Sequence record: OZ345387.1
Direction: 5' to 3' (one strand)
Length of the DNA: 32,000 bases
A program made the position numbers and the translations under genes. Every line of letters begins with the position of its first letter. Positions within the stretch are counted from its first letter, which is position 1. Below, piece after piece: positions 10,250 to 21,881 of this stretch. A model generated the notes under the pieces. The model did not search any database, was not told where the DNA came from, and worked only from the letters and a program-made list of their open reading frames with translations.

Positions 10250-10873
10250 ATGGAGTCAATCAGTCTAATAGGGACTAAAATAGGAATGACACAAATTTTC
10301 AATAAACAGGGGAGCGCAATACCTGTTACAGTACTCCAGCTAGGTCCTTGTTTCATTACACAAATCAAAAATATTGATTCTGATGGCTATAACGCAATAC
10401 AAATTGGCTACCTAAAAGTACCGACCAAAAATTTAAGCAAACCTGAGCTAGGACATTTAAAGAAAAGTGGTCTAACAGCATTAAAGCACTTACAAGAACA
10501 TCAAGTAAACTCGTGTAATGAGTTTAAACTAGGACAAAATATCAATATAAATGAACTAAAAATTGGTGATTTAATTGATATATCTGGTAAAAGTATCGGC
10601 AAAGGATTTACCGGTTATCAAAAAAGACATAACTTTAGTCGAGGACCCATGTCTCATGGCTCTAAGAATCACCGTCAACCAGGATCTATAGGTGCAGGAA
10701 CTACACCTGGACGTGTATTTCCTGGGAAAAAAATGGCAGGCAGAATGGGCAGTAATAAAGTAACCGTTAAAAATCTACAAATTATAGATATAAACACTAA
10801 GGAACATCTTGTTATAGTAAAAGGTTCTGTACCAGGAAAACCTGGAAGTATAATAAGTATTAAAAGAAAGTAA
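10250..10873 (+). CDS. rpl3: 50S ribosomal protein L3
   Basis: LIGTKIGMTQIF ... GKGFTGYQKRHNF. 207 aa. Confidence 0.97.
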   Translation: MESISLIGTKIGMTQIFNKQGSAIPVTVLQLGPCFITQIKNIDSDGYNAIQIGYLKVPTKNLSKPELGHLKKSGLTALKHLQEHQVNSCNEFKLGQNININELKIGDLIDISGKSIGKGFTGYQKRHNFSRGPMSHGSKNHRQPGSIGAGTTPGRVFPGKKMAGRMGSNKVTVKNLQIIDINTKEHLVIVKGSVPGKPGSIISIKRK

Positions 10874-10878
10874 AACAA

Positions 10879-11535
10879 ATGACAACTAAAGTAAAAGTTA
10901 CATACAATATAGTATCTCCGGAAGGGATAACTCAAAATTCTAAAACAATACAATTGCAAGTGAGTGAATCTAAAAACATGTATACAATACATAGAGCACT
11001 TATTAAACAATTGCATGAAAAAAGAAAAGGAACTGCCAGTTGTAAAAGTCGTAGTCAAGTACAAGGTGGTGGTAAAAAACCCTGGAAACAAAAAGGAACT
11101 GGAAGAGCACGTGCTGGATCTATTAGGTCACCACTTTGGAAAGGTGGTGGTGTTATATTTGGACCGAAGAACAAGCAATATGCAACGAAATTAAACAAAA
11201 AAGAACAACAATTAGCATTAAGAAACATTTTATATAATAAAAAAGACAATACAATTATTGTGGAAAACTTCAATCCACTATCCATATCTAATAGGCCCAG
11301 TACAAAATCAGTTATACAAAAAATTCATGCACTAAATATTAAAACTACTAATAAAATATTAATTATAGTTGCTAAAAAAGACATAAATTTATACTTATCT
11401 ACAAGAAATTTAAAAAATATAGAACTTATTGCTGCAAACCAAATAAACCTATTATCAATAATAAATGCCAAAAGCATTTTAGTAGAAACAAAAGCACTTG
11501 ATATTATTGAAGAGGCATACAATGGACAAAGATAA
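10879..11535 (+). CDS. rpl4: 50S ribosomal protein L4
   Basis: [35 protein letters not shown]. 218 aa. Confidence 0.97.
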   Translation: MTTKVKVTYNIVSPEGITQNSKTIQLQVSESKNMYTIHRALIKQLHEKRKGTASCKSRSQVQGGGKKPWKQKGTGRARAGSIRSPLWKGGGVIFGPKNKQYATKLNKKEQQLALRNILYNKKDNTIIVENFNPLSISNRPSTKSVIQKIHALNIKTTNKILIIVAKKDINLYLSTRNLKNIELIAANQINLLSIINAKSILVETKALDIIEEAYNGQR

Positions 11536-11824
11536 CATAAGAGAATTACTAACTATAATTAAAAAGCCTATAATAACAGATAAAACAACAAAACTATTAG
11601 AAAATAATCAATATTGTTTTCAAGTAGATCCTAGAGTAGGTAAACTGAAGATCAAACAAGCTATTGAATATATTTTTGGTGTTAATGTAAAAAACATTAA
11701 TACATATCACAAACCGCTAAAAAAACGTACCGTTAGTCGTTTTACTGGTTATAGAGCACACTATAAAAAAGCTATAGTTACACTCTCAAAAGACGATAAA
11801 ATCAATTTATTCTCAGAAGATTAG
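11522..11824 (+). CDS. rpl23: 50S ribosomal protein L23
   Basis: [37 protein letters not shown] prefer the ATG at 11522, which overlaps the rpl4 3' end by 14 nt. The track start at 11498 adds 8 unconserved residues. Confidence 0.9.
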   Translation: MDKDNIRELLTIIKKPIITDKTTKLLENNQYCFQVDPRVGKLKIKQAIEYIFGVNVKNINTYHKPLKKRTVSRFTGYRAHYKKAIVTLSKDDKINLFSED

Positions 11825-11848
11825 AATCACAATTATTACTTACCAAAC

Positions 11849-12676
11849 ATGGCTATTCGTCTATACAAAGCATCTACTCCAGGAACGAGAAATCGAACTG
11901 TCTCAACATTCGAAGAGATAAGTACAAATAAACCCGAAAAATCATTGATTAAAGCGTTCCATTCTCCTAAAGGTCACAACCATAGAGGAATTATCACTTC
12001 TAGGCATAGAGGAGGTGGCCATAAAAAAAGATATCGATTAATTGACTTTAAAAGAAATAAAATCAATATGTTTGCTAAAGTAACAAGCATTGAATATGAT
12101 CCTAATAGAAATGCTCGAATTGCTCTATTACATTATACTGATGGAATAAAAAAATATATCATACACCCAAGATCTCTACAAATTGGAAAAATAATAACAT
12201 CCGGCCCCAATTCAGCCATTGAAGTTGGAAATGCATTACCAATGGAAAAGATACCGCTAGGTACAGCCGTACATAACATAGAGTTACAACCCGGTAAAGG
12301 AGGTCAAATTGTTAGAGCCGCTGGAACTTATGCACAAATAGTAGCTAGGGAAGGTGATTTTGTTACATTAAAGCTACCTTCAAGTGAAGTAAGACTAGTT
12401 AGAAAAGCATGCTATGCAACGATTGGTCAAGTTGGCAATATAGACTGCAACAATATTACAATCGGTAAAGCTGGACGAAATAGATGGCTAGGGAAAAAAC
12501 CAAAAGTAAGAGGGGTTGCAATGAATCCTGTAGACCATCCACATGGTGGTGGAGAAGGTAAATCTCCAATAGGAAGAAGTCATCCAGTAACTCCATGGGG
12601 AGAACCTGCTCTAGGAGTGAAAACAAGAGACAAAAAAAAATATAGCAATTCATACATATTGCGTAGACGTAAATAA
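11849..12676 (+). CDS. rpl2: 50S ribosomal protein L2
   Basis: [18 protein letters not shown] ... [14 protein letters not shown]. 275 aa. Confidence 0.99.
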   Translation: MAIRLYKASTPGTRNRTVSTFEEISTNKPEKSLIKAFHSPKGHNHRGIITSRHRGGGHKKRYRLIDFKRNKINMFAKVTSIEYDPNRNARIALLHYTDGIKKYIIHPRSLQIGKIITSGPNSAIEVGNALPMEKIPLGTAVHNIELQPGKGGQIVRAAGTYAQIVAREGDFVTLKLPSSEVRLVRKACYATIGQVGNIDCNNITIGKAGRNRWLGKKPKVRGVAMNPVDHPHGGGEGKSPIGRSHPVTPWGEPALGVKTRDKKKYSNSYILRRRK

Positions 12677-12692
12677 ATTAATTAATAAATCA

Positions 12693-12971
12693 ATGTCACG
12701 ATCTCTATATAAAGGTCCTTTTATACAAAGTAAATTACTAGATAAAATTACAAAATTAAATAAAGAAGGTACAAAACAAACAATCAAAACTTGGTCTCGA
12801 GCATCAACTATTATTCCTAATATGGTCGGTCATACAATTGCAGTACACAATGGTAAACAGCATTTTCCTGTATTTATATCTGACCAAATGGTTGGGCATA
12901 AATTAGGCGAGTTTATACCTACAAGGAATTTTAGAAGTCACATTAAAAATGATAGAAGAACAAAAAGATAA
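12693..12971 (+). CDS. rps19: 30S ribosomal protein S19
   Basis: [10 protein letters not shown] ... [29 protein letters not shown]. Confidence 0.98.
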   Translation: MSRSLYKGPFIQSKLLDKITKLNKEGTKQTIKTWSRASTIIPNMVGHTIAVHNGKQHFPVFISDQMVGHKLGEFIPTRNFRSHIKNDRRTKR

Positions 12972-12986
12972 ATATACACTAATTAT

Positions 12987-13337
12987 ATGCAACATGAAGC
13001 AACTGCTACAAGTAAATATCTAAGACTATCCCCAAATAAAGTTCGCAGAGTACTAGACCAAATCCGTGGGAGAAACTACCAAGAAGCATTAATCGTGCTT
13101 GAGTTCATGCCTTATAGAGGATGTAAAGCCATAAAAAAACTATTAGAATCTGCAGCAGCTAATGCTACAAACAACTATGGATATCCTAAAAATAGTTTAA
13201 TAATTCATCAAGCATTCGCTGATATAGGTCCTAAGTTGAAAAGATTTCAACCAAGAGCACAGGGTAGGGCATTTCAAATACACAAACCGACATGCCATAT
13301 CACATTAAAATTAAGTTCAACCTCTTTAAACAATTAA
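12987..13337 (+). CDS. rpl22: 50S ribosomal protein L22
   Basis: [36 protein letters not shown]. Confidence 0.95.
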   Translation: MQHEATATSKYLRLSPNKVRRVLDQIRGRNYQEALIVLEFMPYRGCKAIKKLLESAAANATNNYGYPKNSLIIHQAFADIGPKLKRFQPRAQGRAFQIHKPTCHITLKLSSTSLNN

Positions 13338-13355
13338 ATCTTAAAATTCAATCAA

Positions 13356-14006
13356 ATGGGACAGAAAACACATCCTCTAGGCTTTCGAATTGGAATAACA
13401 CAAAAACATAAATCATGTTGGTTTTCCGATACAAAAAAATATTCCACATTATTACAAGAAGATTATATTATTCGCTCACACATTGAAATTAAGTTAAAAA
13501 CAGCTAGTATTGTAGATATAAAAATTGATAGAAAAGTTGATCAAATTGAGATTGAAATTAAAACAGCTCGACCTGGAATTGTATTAGGGAGATTAGGAGC
13601 AGGAATTGAAAACTTAAGACAAGAAATAAGTACAAAACTAAAAAATAAAAAACAAATTAGGATTAATATAATTGAGGTTACAGATCCTGATAAAGAAGCT
13701 GCTTTAATTGCTGAATTTATCTCACAACAACTCGAAAAGAGAGTGGCTTTTCGAAGATCTGTTAGACAAGCAATACAGAGGTCACAAAAGGCCAATATAG
13801 AAGGTATAAAAATACAAGTATCTGGTCGTTTAAATGGAGCTGAAATAGCTCGAAGTGAATGGTTACGTGAAGGTAGAGTACCATTACAAACACTTCGAGC
13901 TGACATTGATTACTCATATAAAAGAGCACAAACCATCTATGGAGTTCTAGGCATCAAAGTTTGGCTCTTTAAAGGGGAAATTTTACCACAAAAAATAATA
14001 CTATAA
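13356..14006 (+). CDS. rps3: 30S ribosomal protein S3
   Basis: [23 protein letters not shown] ... [30 protein letters not shown]. Confidence 0.98.
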   Translation: MGQKTHPLGFRIGITQKHKSCWFSDTKKYSTLLQEDYIIRSHIEIKLKTASIVDIKIDRKVDQIEIEIKTARPGIVLGRLGAGIENLRQEISTKLKNKKQIRINIIEVTDPDKEAALIAEFISQQLEKRVAFRRSVRQAIQRSQKANIEGIKIQVSGRLNGAEIARSEWLREGRVPLQTLRADIDYSYKRAQTIYGVLGIKVWLFKGEILPQKIIL

Positions 14007-14028
14007 ATAATATACATAGAATATAAAA

Positions 14029-14442
14029 ATGTTAAGCCCTAAAAAAACAAAATTCAGAAAACAGCACCGAGGACGAATGTGCGGTAAGTCTTGCAAAGGT
14101 AATACCATCGCATTTGGTGACTATGCTTTACAGTCTTTGGAACCCGTCTGGCTAACATCCAGGCAAATTGAAGCCACAAGAAGAACTATTACAAGATATG
14201 TACGTAGAGGAGGAAAGCTTTGGATAAGAGTTTTCCCAGACAAACCTATAACCGCTAGAGCAGCTGAAACTAGAATGGGGTCTGGTAAAGGTAATCCTGA
14301 ATACTGGGTAGCTGTAATTAAACCCGGACATATTCTGTTCGAAATCAAAGGAGTCTCTGAAAAAGATGCTCAACAAGCAATGAAATTAGCGTCCTATAAG
14401 TTACCAATAAAAACTCAATTTATTACGAGAACAACAACATAA
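14029..14442 (+). CDS. rpl16: 50S ribosomal protein L16
   Basis: [17 protein letters not shown] ... [19 protein letters not shown]. Confidence 0.98.
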   Translation: MLSPKKTKFRKQHRGRMCGKSCKGNTIAFGDYALQSLEPVWLTSRQIEATRRTITRYVRRGGKLWIRVFPDKPITARAAETRMGSGKGNPEYWVAVIKPGHILFEIKGVSEKDAQQAMKLASYKLPIKTQFITRTTT

Positions 14443-14446
14443 AAAC

Positions 14447-14650
14447 ATGATAGCAAAACAAGTTAACGAAATAAGAAATTTATCACAATCAGAGCTGGAT
14501 GAAAAAATTATAGAAATAAAAAAAGATATATTTGAACTAAAGTTCAAGCAAGCTACTAGACAACCAATTAAAACACATTTGTTCAAAACTAAAAAACGTC
14601 TCCTATCCCAGTTGCTAACTATTGAACATAATTATAAAAATACAAAATAA
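14447..14650 (+). CDS. rpl29: 50S ribosomal protein L29
   Basis: The motif IRNLSQSELDEKIIEIKKDIFELKFKQATRQ and the position between rpl16 and rps17 both fit. Confidence 0.9.
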   Translation: MIAKQVNEIRNLSQSELDEKIIEIKKDIFELKFKQATRQPIKTHLFKTKKRLLSQLLTIEHNYKNTK

Positions 14651-14653
14651 AAA

Positions 14654-14893
14654 ATGCCTATCAAAGAAGTTATCGGTAAAGTTATTAGCCATAAAATGGA
14701 CAAAACAATTACAGTTGCGGTCATCAATAAAATATCACATAGAAAATATAATAAAATATTATCAAAAACAAAAAAATACTATGTACATGACGAAAACAAT
14801 GACTATTGGACTGGAGATATTGTAAAAATTCAAGAAACTCGCCCAATAAGTAAACATAAATGCTGGAAAGTAATAGAAAAAATAACTAATTAA
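14654..14893 (+). CDS. rps17: 30S ribosomal protein S17
   Basis: GKVISHKMDKTITVAV ... KYYVHDENN ... GDIVKIQETRPISKHKCW. Confidence 0.93.
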   Translation: MPIKEVIGKVISHKMDKTITVAVINKISHRKYNKILSKTKKYYVHDENNDYWTGDIVKIQETRPISKHKCWKVIEKITN

Positions 14894-14902
14894 TCAAATA
14901 AG

Positions 14903-15271
14903 ATGATACAAACGCAAACCTATTTAAATGTAGCTGATAATAGTGGAGCACGTAAAATCATGTGCATTCGAGTACTCGGTAGTAGTAATCCAAAGTATGC
15001 AAAAATCGGAGATATAGTAATTGGGGTAGTAAAAGATGCTTCTCCCAACATGCCTGTTAAAAGATCTGATGTAGTAAGAGCTGTAATAGTTCGGACAAAA
15101 AAAACAATGCGTAGAATTGATGGTATGCAGATACGATTTGATGATAATGCAGCTGTACTAATTACTCAAGAAAATAACCCAAAAGGAACTCGTATTTTTG
15201 GTCCTATCGCAAGAGAACTAAGAGAAAAAAACTTCTCTAAAATTATATCATTGGCAACCGAGGTAGTATGA
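14903..15271 (+). CDS. rpl14: 50S ribosomal protein L14
   Basis: [26 protein letters not shown]. 122 aa. Confidence 0.99.
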   Translation: MIQTQTYLNVADNSGARKIMCIRVLGSSNPKYAKIGDIVIGVVKDASPNMPVKRSDVVRAVIVRTKKTMRRIDGMQIRFDDNAAVLITQENNPKGTRIFGPIARELREKNFSKIISLATEVV

Positions 15272-15606
15272 TCAAAAAAGTAAAAAAAATTAGAATGCAT
15301 ATCAAAATTGGTGATACTGTACAAATTATATCTGGAAGTTATAAAGGCAAAATAAGCAAAATAGTAAAAGTTCTCCCTAAAACTAGTCAAGTTATAGTTA
15401 AAAATTTAAATTTAAAAGTAAAACATTCCAGACCTAATACAGAAGAAGAAAGTGGTAAAATTATCAACTTTGAAGCACCTATACATAGCTCAAATGTCAT
15501 GCTTTATAGTATAAAAAATAAAATTAGGAGTCGTTTTAGTATCAAATATAACATAAATAATCAAAAATGCCGCTTACTACTAAAAACTGGGGAAATTATT
15601 AAATAA
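15268..15606 (+). CDS. rpl24: 50S ribosomal protein L24
   Basis: [26 protein letters not shown]. The ATGA overlap with the rpl14 stop suggests translational coupling. An alternative start at M10 (15295) is possible. Confidence 0.9.
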   Translation: MIKKVKKIRMHIKIGDTVQIISGSYKGKISKIVKVLPKTSQVIVKNLNLKVKHSRPNTEEESGKIINFEAPIHSSNVMLYSIKNKIRSRFSIKYNINNQKCRLLLKTGEIIK

Positions 15607-15617
15607 AAATATAACAC

Positions 15618-16160
15618 ATGAATCAATCTCTATACAGTCTATATAAAGATCAAATACAACAAAATTTAAAACGAGAATTTCTTTACAAAAACGTACATGA
15701 AATACCAAAAATAACAAAAATAGTAATCAATCGAGGACTGGGAGAAGCGTCTCAAAATGCTAAAACACTAGACAATAGTCTTCACGAATTGATGCTTATC
15801 AGTGGTCAAAAACCAATCATTACACGTTCCAAAAAATCAATAGCGGGATTTAAAATTCGGGAAAATATCCCAATTGGAATGACAGTAACATTAAGAAAAC
15901 ATAAGATGTATAATTTTTTGAATAAATTAATTAATTTAGCTCTACCCAGAATTAGAGATTTTCGAGGTATTAGTAAAAAACATTTTGATGGCAAAGGCAA
16001 TTATAATCTAGGACTTAAAGAACAGCTTATTTTTCCTGAAATAGAATACGATACAGTCAGTAGAATCCGAGGTATGGACATTGCAATTGTAACTACAGCA
16101 ATGACTGACCAGGAAGGTCTGGCTTTACTTAAAGGTTTTGGAATGCCTTTCCAAGATTAA
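15618..16160 (+). CDS. rpl5: 50S ribosomal protein L5
   Basis: [15 protein letters not shown] ... [11 protein letters not shown] ... [20 protein letters not shown]. Confidence 0.98.
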   Translation: MNQSLYSLYKDQIQQNLKREFLYKNVHEIPKITKIVINRGLGEASQNAKTLDNSLHELMLISGQKPIITRSKKSIAGFKIRENIPIGMTVTLRKHKMYNFLNKLINLALPRIRDFRGISKKHFDGKGNYNLGLKEQLIFPEIEYDTVSRIRGMDIAIVTTAMTDQEGLALLKGFGMPFQD

Positions 16161-16194
16161 GGCAAATAAAACTTATTAAACACAAGGATAAATC

Positions 16195-16593
16195 ATGATT
16201 AATGATACAATTGCAGATACACTAACGCGTATTCGTAATGCAAATTTAGCAAAACACCAAATAGTACAAGTAAGAGCAACTAAAATAACTCGCAATATGA
16301 TTAAAGTCTTACGCGAAGAAGGCTTCATAGAAAACTTTAGTGAAATTGAAGACAATTCAAGAAAATACCTATTAATATCATTAAAATATAAAGGTAAAAA
16401 CAGAACCTCAATTATCACCGCACTAAAAAGAATCAGTAAACCCGGATTAAGAGTATATGCTAATCATAAGGAACTACCAAAAGTCCTAGGAGGTATTGGA
16501 ATAGCAATAATATCAACACCGAAAGGAGTCATGACCGATAGACAGGCGCGCTACTCTGGCTTAGGTGGCGAAATTTTATGCTACATCTGGTAA
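16195..16593 (+). CDS. rps8: 30S ribosomal protein S8
   Basis: [16 protein letters not shown] ... [21 protein letters not shown] ... GGEILCYIW. Confidence 0.98.
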   Translation: MINDTIADTLTRIRNANLAKHQIVQVRATKITRNMIKVLREEGFIENFSEIEDNSRKYLLISLKYKGKNRTSIITALKRISKPGLRVYANHKELPKVLGGIGIAIISTPKGVMTDRQARYSGLGGEILCYIW

Positions 16594-16617
16594 ATAATTA
16601 ATAATAAGGAATACATT

Positions 16618-17154
16618 ATGTCACGAATAGGAAAAACTCCCATACATTTAAATAAACAAATCAATATAAAACTTCAAGGAAATAGAATACAAATTAAAGG
16701 TACCAAGGGTGAATTAAGCTATTCACTATCACCAGAAATAAGAATTGAGCAAACAACAGAAGAACTGAAACTCTACAAAACAAATGAAAGCCGGATTGCT
16801 AGACAATTATATGGCTTATCCAGAACAATTGTTAATAATATGGTTATTGGTGTTTCACAAGGCTTTAATAAAAAGCTCGAAATACAGGGAGTAGGCTATA
16901 GAGCTCAAGTAGATAAAAATAATTTAATACTCAGCGTTGGATACAGTCATCCTGTATACATAAAATCTCCCCCTGGAATTAACATTAAAGTCAATAATAA
17001 TACAAATATAGAAGTTTCTGGTATCAGCAAAGAAACTGTTGGACAAATTGCTGCACAAATTAGATCCATCCGTCCACCTGAACCATATAAAGGTAAAGGA
17101 ATCCGCTATCATAATGAAATAGTAAGAAGAAAAGTTGGTAAAGCAGGAAAATAA
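16618..17154 (+). CDS. rpl6: 50S ribosomal protein L6
   Basis: MSRIGKTPI ... [10 protein letters not shown] ... GYSHPVYI ... [13 protein letters not shown]. Confidence 0.98.
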   Translation: MSRIGKTPIHLNKQINIKLQGNRIQIKGTKGELSYSLSPEIRIEQTTEELKLYKTNESRIARQLYGLSRTIVNNMVIGVSQGFNKKLEIQGVGYRAQVDKNNLILSVGYSHPVYIKSPPGINIKVNNNTNIEVSGISKETVGQIAAQIRSIRPPEPYKGKGIRYHNEIVRRKVGKAGK

Positions 17155-17156
17155 AA

Positions 17157-17474
17157 ATGAAGAAAAGAAGAAAAATAAAGATAAACAGTCCTCGTCTTTT
17201 TGTGTTTAGATCTAATAAACATATTTACGCACAAGTAATAGATGATATCAAAAATATAACTATCACAACTAGTTCAAGCGTATGCCCTAAGTTGAAAGCT
17301 AAGATTAGTTCTACTAATACATGTAATACAGCACGAATTATTGGGAAAGACATTGGAACTAAGCTAAGAAATAAAGGTATCAAGCAAATTGTTTTTGATA
17401 GAGGAAATAGAATATATCACGGAAAAATAAAAGCTCTAGCAGAAGCAACAAGAAATGAAGGTATAAAATTTTAA
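17157..17474 (+). CDS. rpl18: 50S ribosomal protein L18
   Basis: PRLFVFRSNKHIYAQVIDD ... VFDRGNRIYHGKIKALAEATRNEGIKF. Confidence 0.95.
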   Translation: MKKRRKIKINSPRLFVFRSNKHIYAQVIDDIKNITITTSSSVCPKLKAKISSTNTCNTARIIGKDIGTKLRNKGIKQIVFDRGNRIYHGKIKALAEATRNEGIKF

Positions 17475-17486
17475 GAAGTATTAATT

Positions 17487-18020
17487 ATGATAATCAAAAG
17501 AAAAAATAGTAAAAACAAAGAACAAGAAAGCAATTGGGAAGAAAGAGTAGTACAGGTAAAAAGAGTTACAAAAGTAGTTAAAGGAGGAAAAAAGCTTAGC
17601 TTTAGAGCAATAATTATAATTGGCAATGAAAAAGGTCAAGTAGGAGTTGGTATTGGTAAAGCAACTGATGTTATTGGTGCAGTAAAAAAAGGTGTAACTG
17701 ATGCCAAAAAGCATATTATTAGTGTTCCTTTAACAAAAACAAACTCAATAACACACAAAATCCATGGCATAGCTGGCGCTGCAAAAGTAGTTATGAGACC
17801 TTCTGCACCGGGTTCCGGTGTTATAGCCGGTGGATCAGTAAGAACTGTACTGGAATTAGTAGGTATTAAAAATATATTAACTAAACAACTAGGTTCCAAT
17901 AACGCATTGAATAATGCCAGAGCCACAGTTGATGCTCTCAACAATTTAAGAACATTTAAACAAACGGCTCAAGATAGAGGTATCGATATCAATTACTTAT
18001 ACAATCACAAGAAAGAATAA
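17487..18020 (+). CDS. rps5: 30S ribosomal protein S5
   Basis: [43 protein letters not shown]. Confidence 0.98.
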   Translation: MIIKRKNSKNKEQESNWEERVVQVKRVTKVVKGGKKLSFRAIIIIGNEKGQVGVGIGKATDVIGAVKKGVTDAKKHIISVPLTKTNSITHKIHGIAGAAKVVMRPSAPGSGVIAGGSVRTVLELVGIKNILTKQLGSNNALNNARATVDALNNLRTFKQTAQDRGIDINYLYNHKKE

Positions 18021-18082
18021 AAACCTACATAATCAAATACTAGCAATAGTCAGATGCATTCTCCCAATACTTCTACTTAATA

Positions 18083-19318
18083 ATGAATTCTCAAAATACA
18101 CTAACAACAAAATTACTAGTTACTTTACTTATACTAATACTTGCTCGATTAGGCATATTTATACCCATACCAAGCATTGATCATGACACTTTTTATTCTA
18201 GTATTGGACAAAATGCTTTAATTAATTTCTTAAACATATTTTCGGGAGGTGGATTCTCAACAATTGGGATGTTTGCGCTCGGAATTGTACCATATATTAA
18301 TGCATCAATTATTATTCAATTATTGACTAAAATAATCCCTGAATTAGAAAATTTACAAAAAGAAGAAGGTGAAGCTGGAAGAAGAAAAATTACGCAAATT
18401 ACGCGGTATCTCACATTGATATGGGCCGTTACACAGAGTTTTGCTATTGCGCTGTGGATTAAACCGTATGTATTTGACTGGAATTTAAATTTTATTATAG
18501 ATTGTATTCTGACACTTACAACTGGATCAACAATAATTATGTGGTTATCTGAATTAATTACAGAATACGGAATTGGCAATGGAGCGTCATTACTGATTTT
18601 TCAAAATATTATATCTGGAATACCAAAAAATATTCAAAACTACTCTATTAATATTTTTAACCTAAAACAGATAACACCAATAGTAATATTATTTATTCTG
18701 TTTTTATTTATGTTATCAATAACAATATTGATTCAAGAAGGAACTAAAAAAATTACAATTATTTCTGCAAGACAATTGAACAGAACAAAACAAATGGATT
18801 CAAAAAGCTATATTCCTTTAAAAATGAACCAAGGGGGAGTTATGCCTATTGTTTTTGCGTCAGCAGCTATGACTATACCTAGTTATCTAATAGATGTATC
18901 AAATAATAATACTATTAAAAATATTTTAAAACTATTTTCTCCGAGTGGGCCTTTATATATAATGTTGTATGGTACTCTTATTATTATATTTAGCTATTTC
19001 TATTCATCACTAGTCTTAAGTCCAGATGATGTTGCTAAAAATTTAAAAAAGATGGGAGCAAGTATACCTGGCATAAGACCCGGAGATAATACAAGTAAAT
19101 ATCTAAAAACTATTTTAGATCGTTTGACTTTTCTAGGATCTATTTTCTTATTTTCCGTAGCATTAATTCCATCAATTATTGCCAATATAACACATATAAA
19201 GGCTTTCCAAGGGCTTGGAGCAACATCTTTATTAATACTGGTAGGAGTTGCGATTGACACAGCTAAACAAATACAAACATATATTATATCAGAAAAATAT
19301 AATAGCATGATACAATAG
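18083..19318 (+). CDS. secY: preprotein translocase subunit SecY
   Basis: 411 aa multi-pass membrane protein. Motifs are FSGGGFSTIGMFALGIVPYINASIIIQLL and GIGNGASLLIF, and the position after rps5 is conserved. Confidence 0.96.
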   Translation: MNSQNTLTTKLLVTLLILILARLGIFIPIPSIDHDTFYSSIGQNALINFLNIFSGGGFSTIGMFALGIVPYINASIIIQLLTKIIPELENLQKEEGEAGRRKITQITRYLTLIWAVTQSFAIALWIKPYVFDWNLNFIIDCILTLTTGSTIIMWLSELITEYGIGNGASLLIFQNIISGIPKNIQNYSINIFNLKQITPIVILFILFLFMLSITILIQEGTKKITIISARQLNRTKQMDSKSYIPLKMNQGGVMPIVFASAAMTIPSYLIDVSNNNTIKNILKLFSPSGPLYIMLYGTLIIIFSYFYSSLVLSPDDVAKNLKKMGASIPGIRPGDNTSKYLKTILDRLTFLGSIFLFSVALIPSIIANITHIKAFQGLGATSLLILVGVAIDTAKQIQTYIISEKYNSMIQ

Positions 19319-19384
19319 CTTTATTTAGTCAAATTAAAAAAGAAGAACATAAAATATTAATATTATACAAATAAAAATCGATAT

Positions 19385-19498
19385 ATGAAAGTTAGACCTT
19401 CTGTTAAAAAGATGTGTGAAAAATGCAAAGTAATAGTAAGAAAAAGAAAAGTTAAAATTATTTGTGAAAATCCCAAACATAAACAAACACAAGGATAG
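19385..19498 (+). CDS. rpl36: 50S ribosomal protein L36
   Basis: Hand translation gives [37 protein letters not shown] (37 aa). Not in the ORF track. Confidence 0.95.
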   Translation: MKVRPSVKKMCEKCKVIVRKRKVKIICENPKHKQTQG

Positions 19499-19538
19499 AA
19501 ACTAAATAAAATTTTAACTAATAATTTGGAGGTGGAAA

Positions 19539-19919
19539 TTGGCTAGAATATCAGGCATAGATCTGCCAAAAAATAAAAGAATTGAAAGAGCACTCACTTA
19601 TATTTATGGTATTGGCTTATCATGTTCACAGAAAATTTTGCAAAAGATTAAAATAAATCCCAATAAACATGTTGGAGAGCTAAATGATAAGGAAATTACA
19701 GATATAAGGAATATATTAGAAAATGAATACATAATTGAAGGTGACCTGAGAAGATTAGAGTCTATAAACATTAAAAGACTAATGGAAATAAATTCCTATC
19801 GCGGCAAAAGACATCGAATAGGATTACCATTGAGAGGACAAAGAACTCGTACAAATGCACGAACACGTAGAGGCATAAAAAAAACAATGGCAGGTAAAAA
19901 AAAGGCTCCTAAAAAATAA
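19539..19919 (+). CDS. rps13: 30S ribosomal protein S13 (apparent TTG start)
   Basis: (M)[25 protein letters not shown]. The codon at 19539 is TTG. GGAGG at 19528-19532 lies 6 nt upstream, and an in-frame TAA at 19515-19517 has no ATG after it. Confidence 0.93.
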   Translation: MARISGIDLPKNKRIERALTYIYGIGLSCSQKILQKIKINPNKHVGELNDKEITDIRNILENEYIIEGDLRRLESINIKRLMEINSYRGKRHRIGLPLRGQRTRTNARTRRGIKKTMAGKKKAPKK

Positions 19920-19948
19920 AAAAATTATCAAGTTAAAGCAATCAACTA

Positions 19949-20341
19949 ATGGCTAAACAAATAAAAAAGATATTGAATAATCGAAAAAAGAAGAACATCG
20001 TTAACGGAATAACTCATATTCAATCAACGTTCAATAATACGATTATTACAATTACAGATCTTAATGGAGGAACCATCTGCTGGTGTTCATCAGGTGCGAG
20101 CGGGTTTAAAGGTGCCAAAAAAGGGACCCCATTTGCAGCGCAAACTGCAGCAGAAAAAGCAGCCAAGCTAGCTATAGATCAAGGAATGAAACAAACTGAA
20201 ATCATGGTCAATGGCCCTGGATCTGGAAGAGAAACTGCTATCAGAGCTATTGAATCAACTGGTATAGAAGTAACACTAATTAAAGATATAACGGCGATAC
20301 CTCATAATGGATGCCGACCACCTAAAAAACGTCGAGTATAA
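19949..20341 (+). CDS. rps11: 30S ribosomal protein S11
   Basis: [20 protein letters not shown] ... [14 protein letters not shown] ... [17 protein letters not shown]. Confidence 0.98.
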   Translation: MAKQIKKILNNRKKKNIVNGITHIQSTFNNTIITITDLNGGTICWCSSGASGFKGAKKGTPFAAQTAAEKAAKLAIDQGMKQTEIMVNGPGSGRETAIRAIESTGIEVTLIKDITAIPHNGCRPPKKRRV

Positions 20342-20392
20342 ATTGATAAATAAGTTTATTCGTTACATTCATTTAATAAGGAACTTCCTTTA

Positions 20393-21337
20393 ATGACTCA
20401 TTTTCAGATAGAATGCCTAGAGTCAAAAACCGAAGGAACTCGTAAACAATATGGGCGCTTTATACTAGAACCATTAAAACAAGGACAAGGTATTACAGTA
20501 GGTAATTCATTAAGAAGAACCGTTCTGTCAGACTTAGAAGGAACTGCTATAGTTGCAGTAAGGATTGCTGGAGTAAATCATGAATTTTCAACTATTACTG
20601 GAGTAAGAGAAGATGTTCTAGAAATACTTTTAAATCTCAAAGAAGTAGTGTTAAAAAGCTATTCAAACGAACCCCAAATAGGAAGAATTCGAGTACAAGG
20701 ACCCGCCATAATCACAGCTGGGCTTTTTGATTTGCCACCTGAGATTGAAATAGTTGATCATAGACAATATATTGCCACCATATGCAATAATACCATCTTT
20801 GAAATGGAATTTCGAATTGAAAAAGGCAATGGATATAGATTAGTTGACAGAAATGTAAATGAAAAGTCAATAGATTTTTTACAAATTGATGCTGTATTTA
20901 TGCCTGTTAAAAAATTTAACTATATAGTTCAAGAAAAAAGAATAAACAGTGAAATTATTCAAGAAAAACTGATACTAGAAATATGGACTAATGGTAGTTT
21001 ATCTCCACAAGAAGCTATTAGCGAAGGGTCTAAAATATTAACTAATTTATTTCACCCACTTACAAATATAAACTTTGAACCACTGGAAACCGAAATCGAG
21101 AAAAATGAACATCGTGTTAATCAAGTACTAATCGAAGAACTCAAGCTATCTGTTAGAGCTTACAATTGTTTAAAGCGTGCTCAAATACATTCTATATCAG
21201 ATTTATTAGATTATTCACAGGAAGAATTATTAGAAATTAAAAATTTCGGCCAAAAATCTGCAGAGGAAGTTATCGATGCCTTGAGAAACCGTTTAGGCAT
21301 AAATCTACCTAAAGAAAAAGCAATTAAAAATAATTAA
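20393..21337 (+). CDS. rpoA: DNA-directed RNA polymerase alpha subunit
   Basis: 314 aa. Motifs include YGRFILEPLKQGQGITVGNSLRRTVLSDLEG, and the C-terminal domain has LSVRAYNCLKRAQIHSISDLL. Confidence 0.98.
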   Translation: MTHFQIECLESKTEGTRKQYGRFILEPLKQGQGITVGNSLRRTVLSDLEGTAIVAVRIAGVNHEFSTITGVREDVLEILLNLKEVVLKSYSNEPQIGRIRVQGPAIITAGLFDLPPEIEIVDHRQYIATICNNTIFEMEFRIEKGNGYRLVDRNVNEKSIDFLQIDAVFMPVKKFNYIVQEKRINSEIIQEKLILEIWTNGSLSPQEAISEGSKILTNLFHPLTNINFEPLETEIEKNEHRVNQVLIEELKLSVRAYNCLKRAQIHSISDLLDYSQEELLEIKNFGQKSAEEVIDALRNRLGINLPKEKAIKNN

Positions 21338-21425
21338 GATATCTAGAATAATTATTCTTTTTATAAAGATCTGATAATAATTAATATTTAAAGCTAAAAA
21401 ACTAGCAAAATAAAATAATAATCTA

Positions 21426-21851
21426 ATGAATAAAACTTATATACCTAAAACAAGTCCTGAACATACATGGTATTTAATCGATGCAAAAAATCAAACGCTG
21501 GGTAGAATATGTACAAAAATTGCAAGTATGCTCAAGGGCAAAACAAATACTAATTATACTCCTCATTTTATTAATAAATCGTATATTATTGTAATTAATG
21601 CTGAACATATTCAAGTTAGTGGACAAAAAAAATCTCAAAAAATATACTATAGACATACCGGAAAACCCGGAAGTTTAAAAAGAGAAAATTTTGGGCAGTT
21701 ACAAAAAAGAATTCCTAATAGGATTATTGAAAAAGCTGTGAAAGGAATGTTGCCTAAAAATATACTCGGACGAACATTATTTACTCACTTGAAAGTATAT
21801 ACTAGCGCATTTCATCCTCATGATGCTCAAAATCCAATCATTCTATCATAA
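21426..21851 (+). CDS. rpl13: 50S ribosomal protein L13
   Basis: WYLIDAKNQTLGRICTKIASMLKGK ... YYRHTGKPGSLK. Confidence 0.97.
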   Translation: MNKTYIPKTSPEHTWYLIDAKNQTLGRICTKIASMLKGKTNTNYTPHFINKSYIIVINAEHIQVSGQKKSQKIYYRHTGKPGSLKRENFGQLQKRIPNRIIEKAVKGMLPKNILGRTLFTHLKVYTSAFHPHDAQNPIILS

Positions 21852-21881
21852 AAATAATTCAACCTAATAAACAAGATATAA

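Noticed and set aside
10675-11091. 138-aa minus-strand ORF spanning the rpl3/rpl4 junction, and other alternate-frame ORFs in the ribosomal cluster (10964-11194, 14622-14825, 25711-25974 and others)
   Set aside because: They overlap well-supported conserved genes in other frames or on the other strand and show no motifs. Stop codons are depleted in some alternate frames of conserved coding sequence.
11498-11521. Eight-codon extension of rpl23 (MILLKRHT)
   Set aside because: The residues are unconserved and lie inside the rpl4 coding region. The ATG at 11522 gives the normal L23 N-terminal region.
21345-21358. 14-nt perfect palindrome agaataattattct after rpoA
   Set aside because: It is almost entirely A/T and gives only about 5 bp of stem, which cannot be told apart from chance in this composition.
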